A stretch of 64,000 nt of DNA from Lepidodermella squamata (taxonomy: Eukaryota; Animalia; Gastrotricha), in assembly GCA_047495785.1 (NCBI GenBank), contig JBLDXI010000024.1, positions 868,001 to 932,000 on the forward strand. Direction: 5' to 3'. The notes beneath the pieces were generated by a model, which made no database searches, had not been told where the DNA came from, and was given only the letters and a program-made list of their open reading frames with translations. Below, piece by piece: positions 62,796 to 64,000 of the stretch (position 1 is its first letter; every line of letters begins with the position of its first letter). Both the position numbers and the translations under genes were made by a program.

Positions 62796-64000
62796 ATGCT
62801 TCCAAGTATAAGAACACCGAGTTTCACGCCTAGCACCCCGCGGAGTAAAACCGCCATCACAACTAGTACCAGCAGCATTTCAATTCCAGTTGCTAGTACA
62901 CGACATCCAACAGCTTTTCTGAAGTCACCTCGATCGGCCTATCCAACAAGTGGTTCAAATGCGTCTGTTGGAAGTTCCCGGGGAAAGCCACACAGAATCC
63001 TTGCTTTACCGGAAATTTCCGACATAGTTAGAATAGTGAAAAAAGTATAGAAATTTCATTCTTGACTACCAGATTTTTGTAATTTTGTTTCATAGCGAAA
63101 AGTCAAACCGAAATCGGCTGAAAAGCCCGTTATCAAGCTTCGCCTGCCGCTTAAACTTGTGGCGAGGATAATAATTTGGTTCCGACGAAAGGCGTTGTCT
63201 CACCATATCGGGTAGAAAAACTTTGTTCCTCTTATGAAGAAATATTCTCCTTATTTCATTATAGGAATCAAGAAACCGACGATAAATTATTTCCATTTTT
63301 GAAAGAGTTTTCATTTCTCGAAGTACGTAAAAAAGATGACGTGGTGTTTGACCGCGTTCATTACCGGGCGAATAAGGACTTTGTTGTGCTGAATAAGAAG
63401 ACACTACAATTGCTGGACAAAAAGCCAACCCTTCGGACTAAGGAAGACGCTCACTTCGTAAGCCAATTGATTCCAGCCGTTAGCAATTTTTTCATATTTT
63501 TCATAGCTATGCATGAGGCTTCGTCAATTGAGCACCTTTGCTGATTATCCAACCGTTGTACAAGAAAAACTTGCTCGATGTGCGATCTACCAAAAGTGCA
63601 TAATGCAACTATTTCCGATTAACTAATTTGTTCACGCTTTGATCCAGGTATGGTCCGAAGCGAGTAATATTACGTCAAGGGCACAAGCCGGCAGGTTTCT
63701 ACATCATCCTAACTGGATGTGGTAAATTTTCAATTGAGTCATCAATCATCTTTCAGCTGATTATTTCTGTCGCCAAGTCTTCGCCTTTTCTGTGAACTAC
63801 GAAACCAACTACGTTTTGCCAACGATGATTCTCGATCAAGGAGGGACGTTTGGGGTAAACATCTTTATTTCTTTGATGAAAGGATTATGATTTTTTTGCT
63901 TTCCAGGATTTCGAAATGCAGGAGAATATAAGGCGACAGGCAACGTGGGTCTCCGCAACTGACCTTGAGGTGCTGTGGATCACCGTCCAAGGTAGCTTTC
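62796..64000 (+). CDS. Cyclic nucleotide-binding domain-containing protein (CNBD2-like), 3'-partial
   Basis: Exons 62796-63044, 63096-63211, 63265-63457, 63507-63595, 63648-about 63721 and more, with consistent phases. Motifs LDKKPTLRTKED, FADYPTVVQEKLA and RVILRQGHKPAGFYIILTG. Confidence 0.78.

Overview
Gene-dense animal (invertebrate-type) genomic DNA with mostly 49-65 nt GT-AG introns; the species cannot be named from the sequence. Bases 1-10028 are the 3' part of a nearly intact Ty3/gypsy LTR retrotransposon: gag, a probable -1 frameshift into pol, an unexpected third ORF with four zinc knuckles, a PPT and a 203-bp 3' LTR. Its pol is split by a 3.76-kb TA-flanked TIR element that carries no transposase. 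Host genes follow: a type I membrane protein with a lysozyme-like ectodomain, a probably inactive lipase, five small orphan genes (two encode secreted peptides), a peptide-type GPCR, an EF-hand-like protein and a small HSP with three HSEs. Next is a 9-exon DNA polymerase epsilon catalytic subunit whose last four introns (1.9-3.4 kb) hold transposon relics and a complete nested antisense 3-exon orphan gene. MEAF6 lies in an operon-like position just upstream of it, followed by decayed repeats, an F-box/FBA gene, TTC4, Shal/Kv4, a MITE and the start of a CNBD-like gene. All gene models were spliced by eye, with phases checked; no database searches were run.
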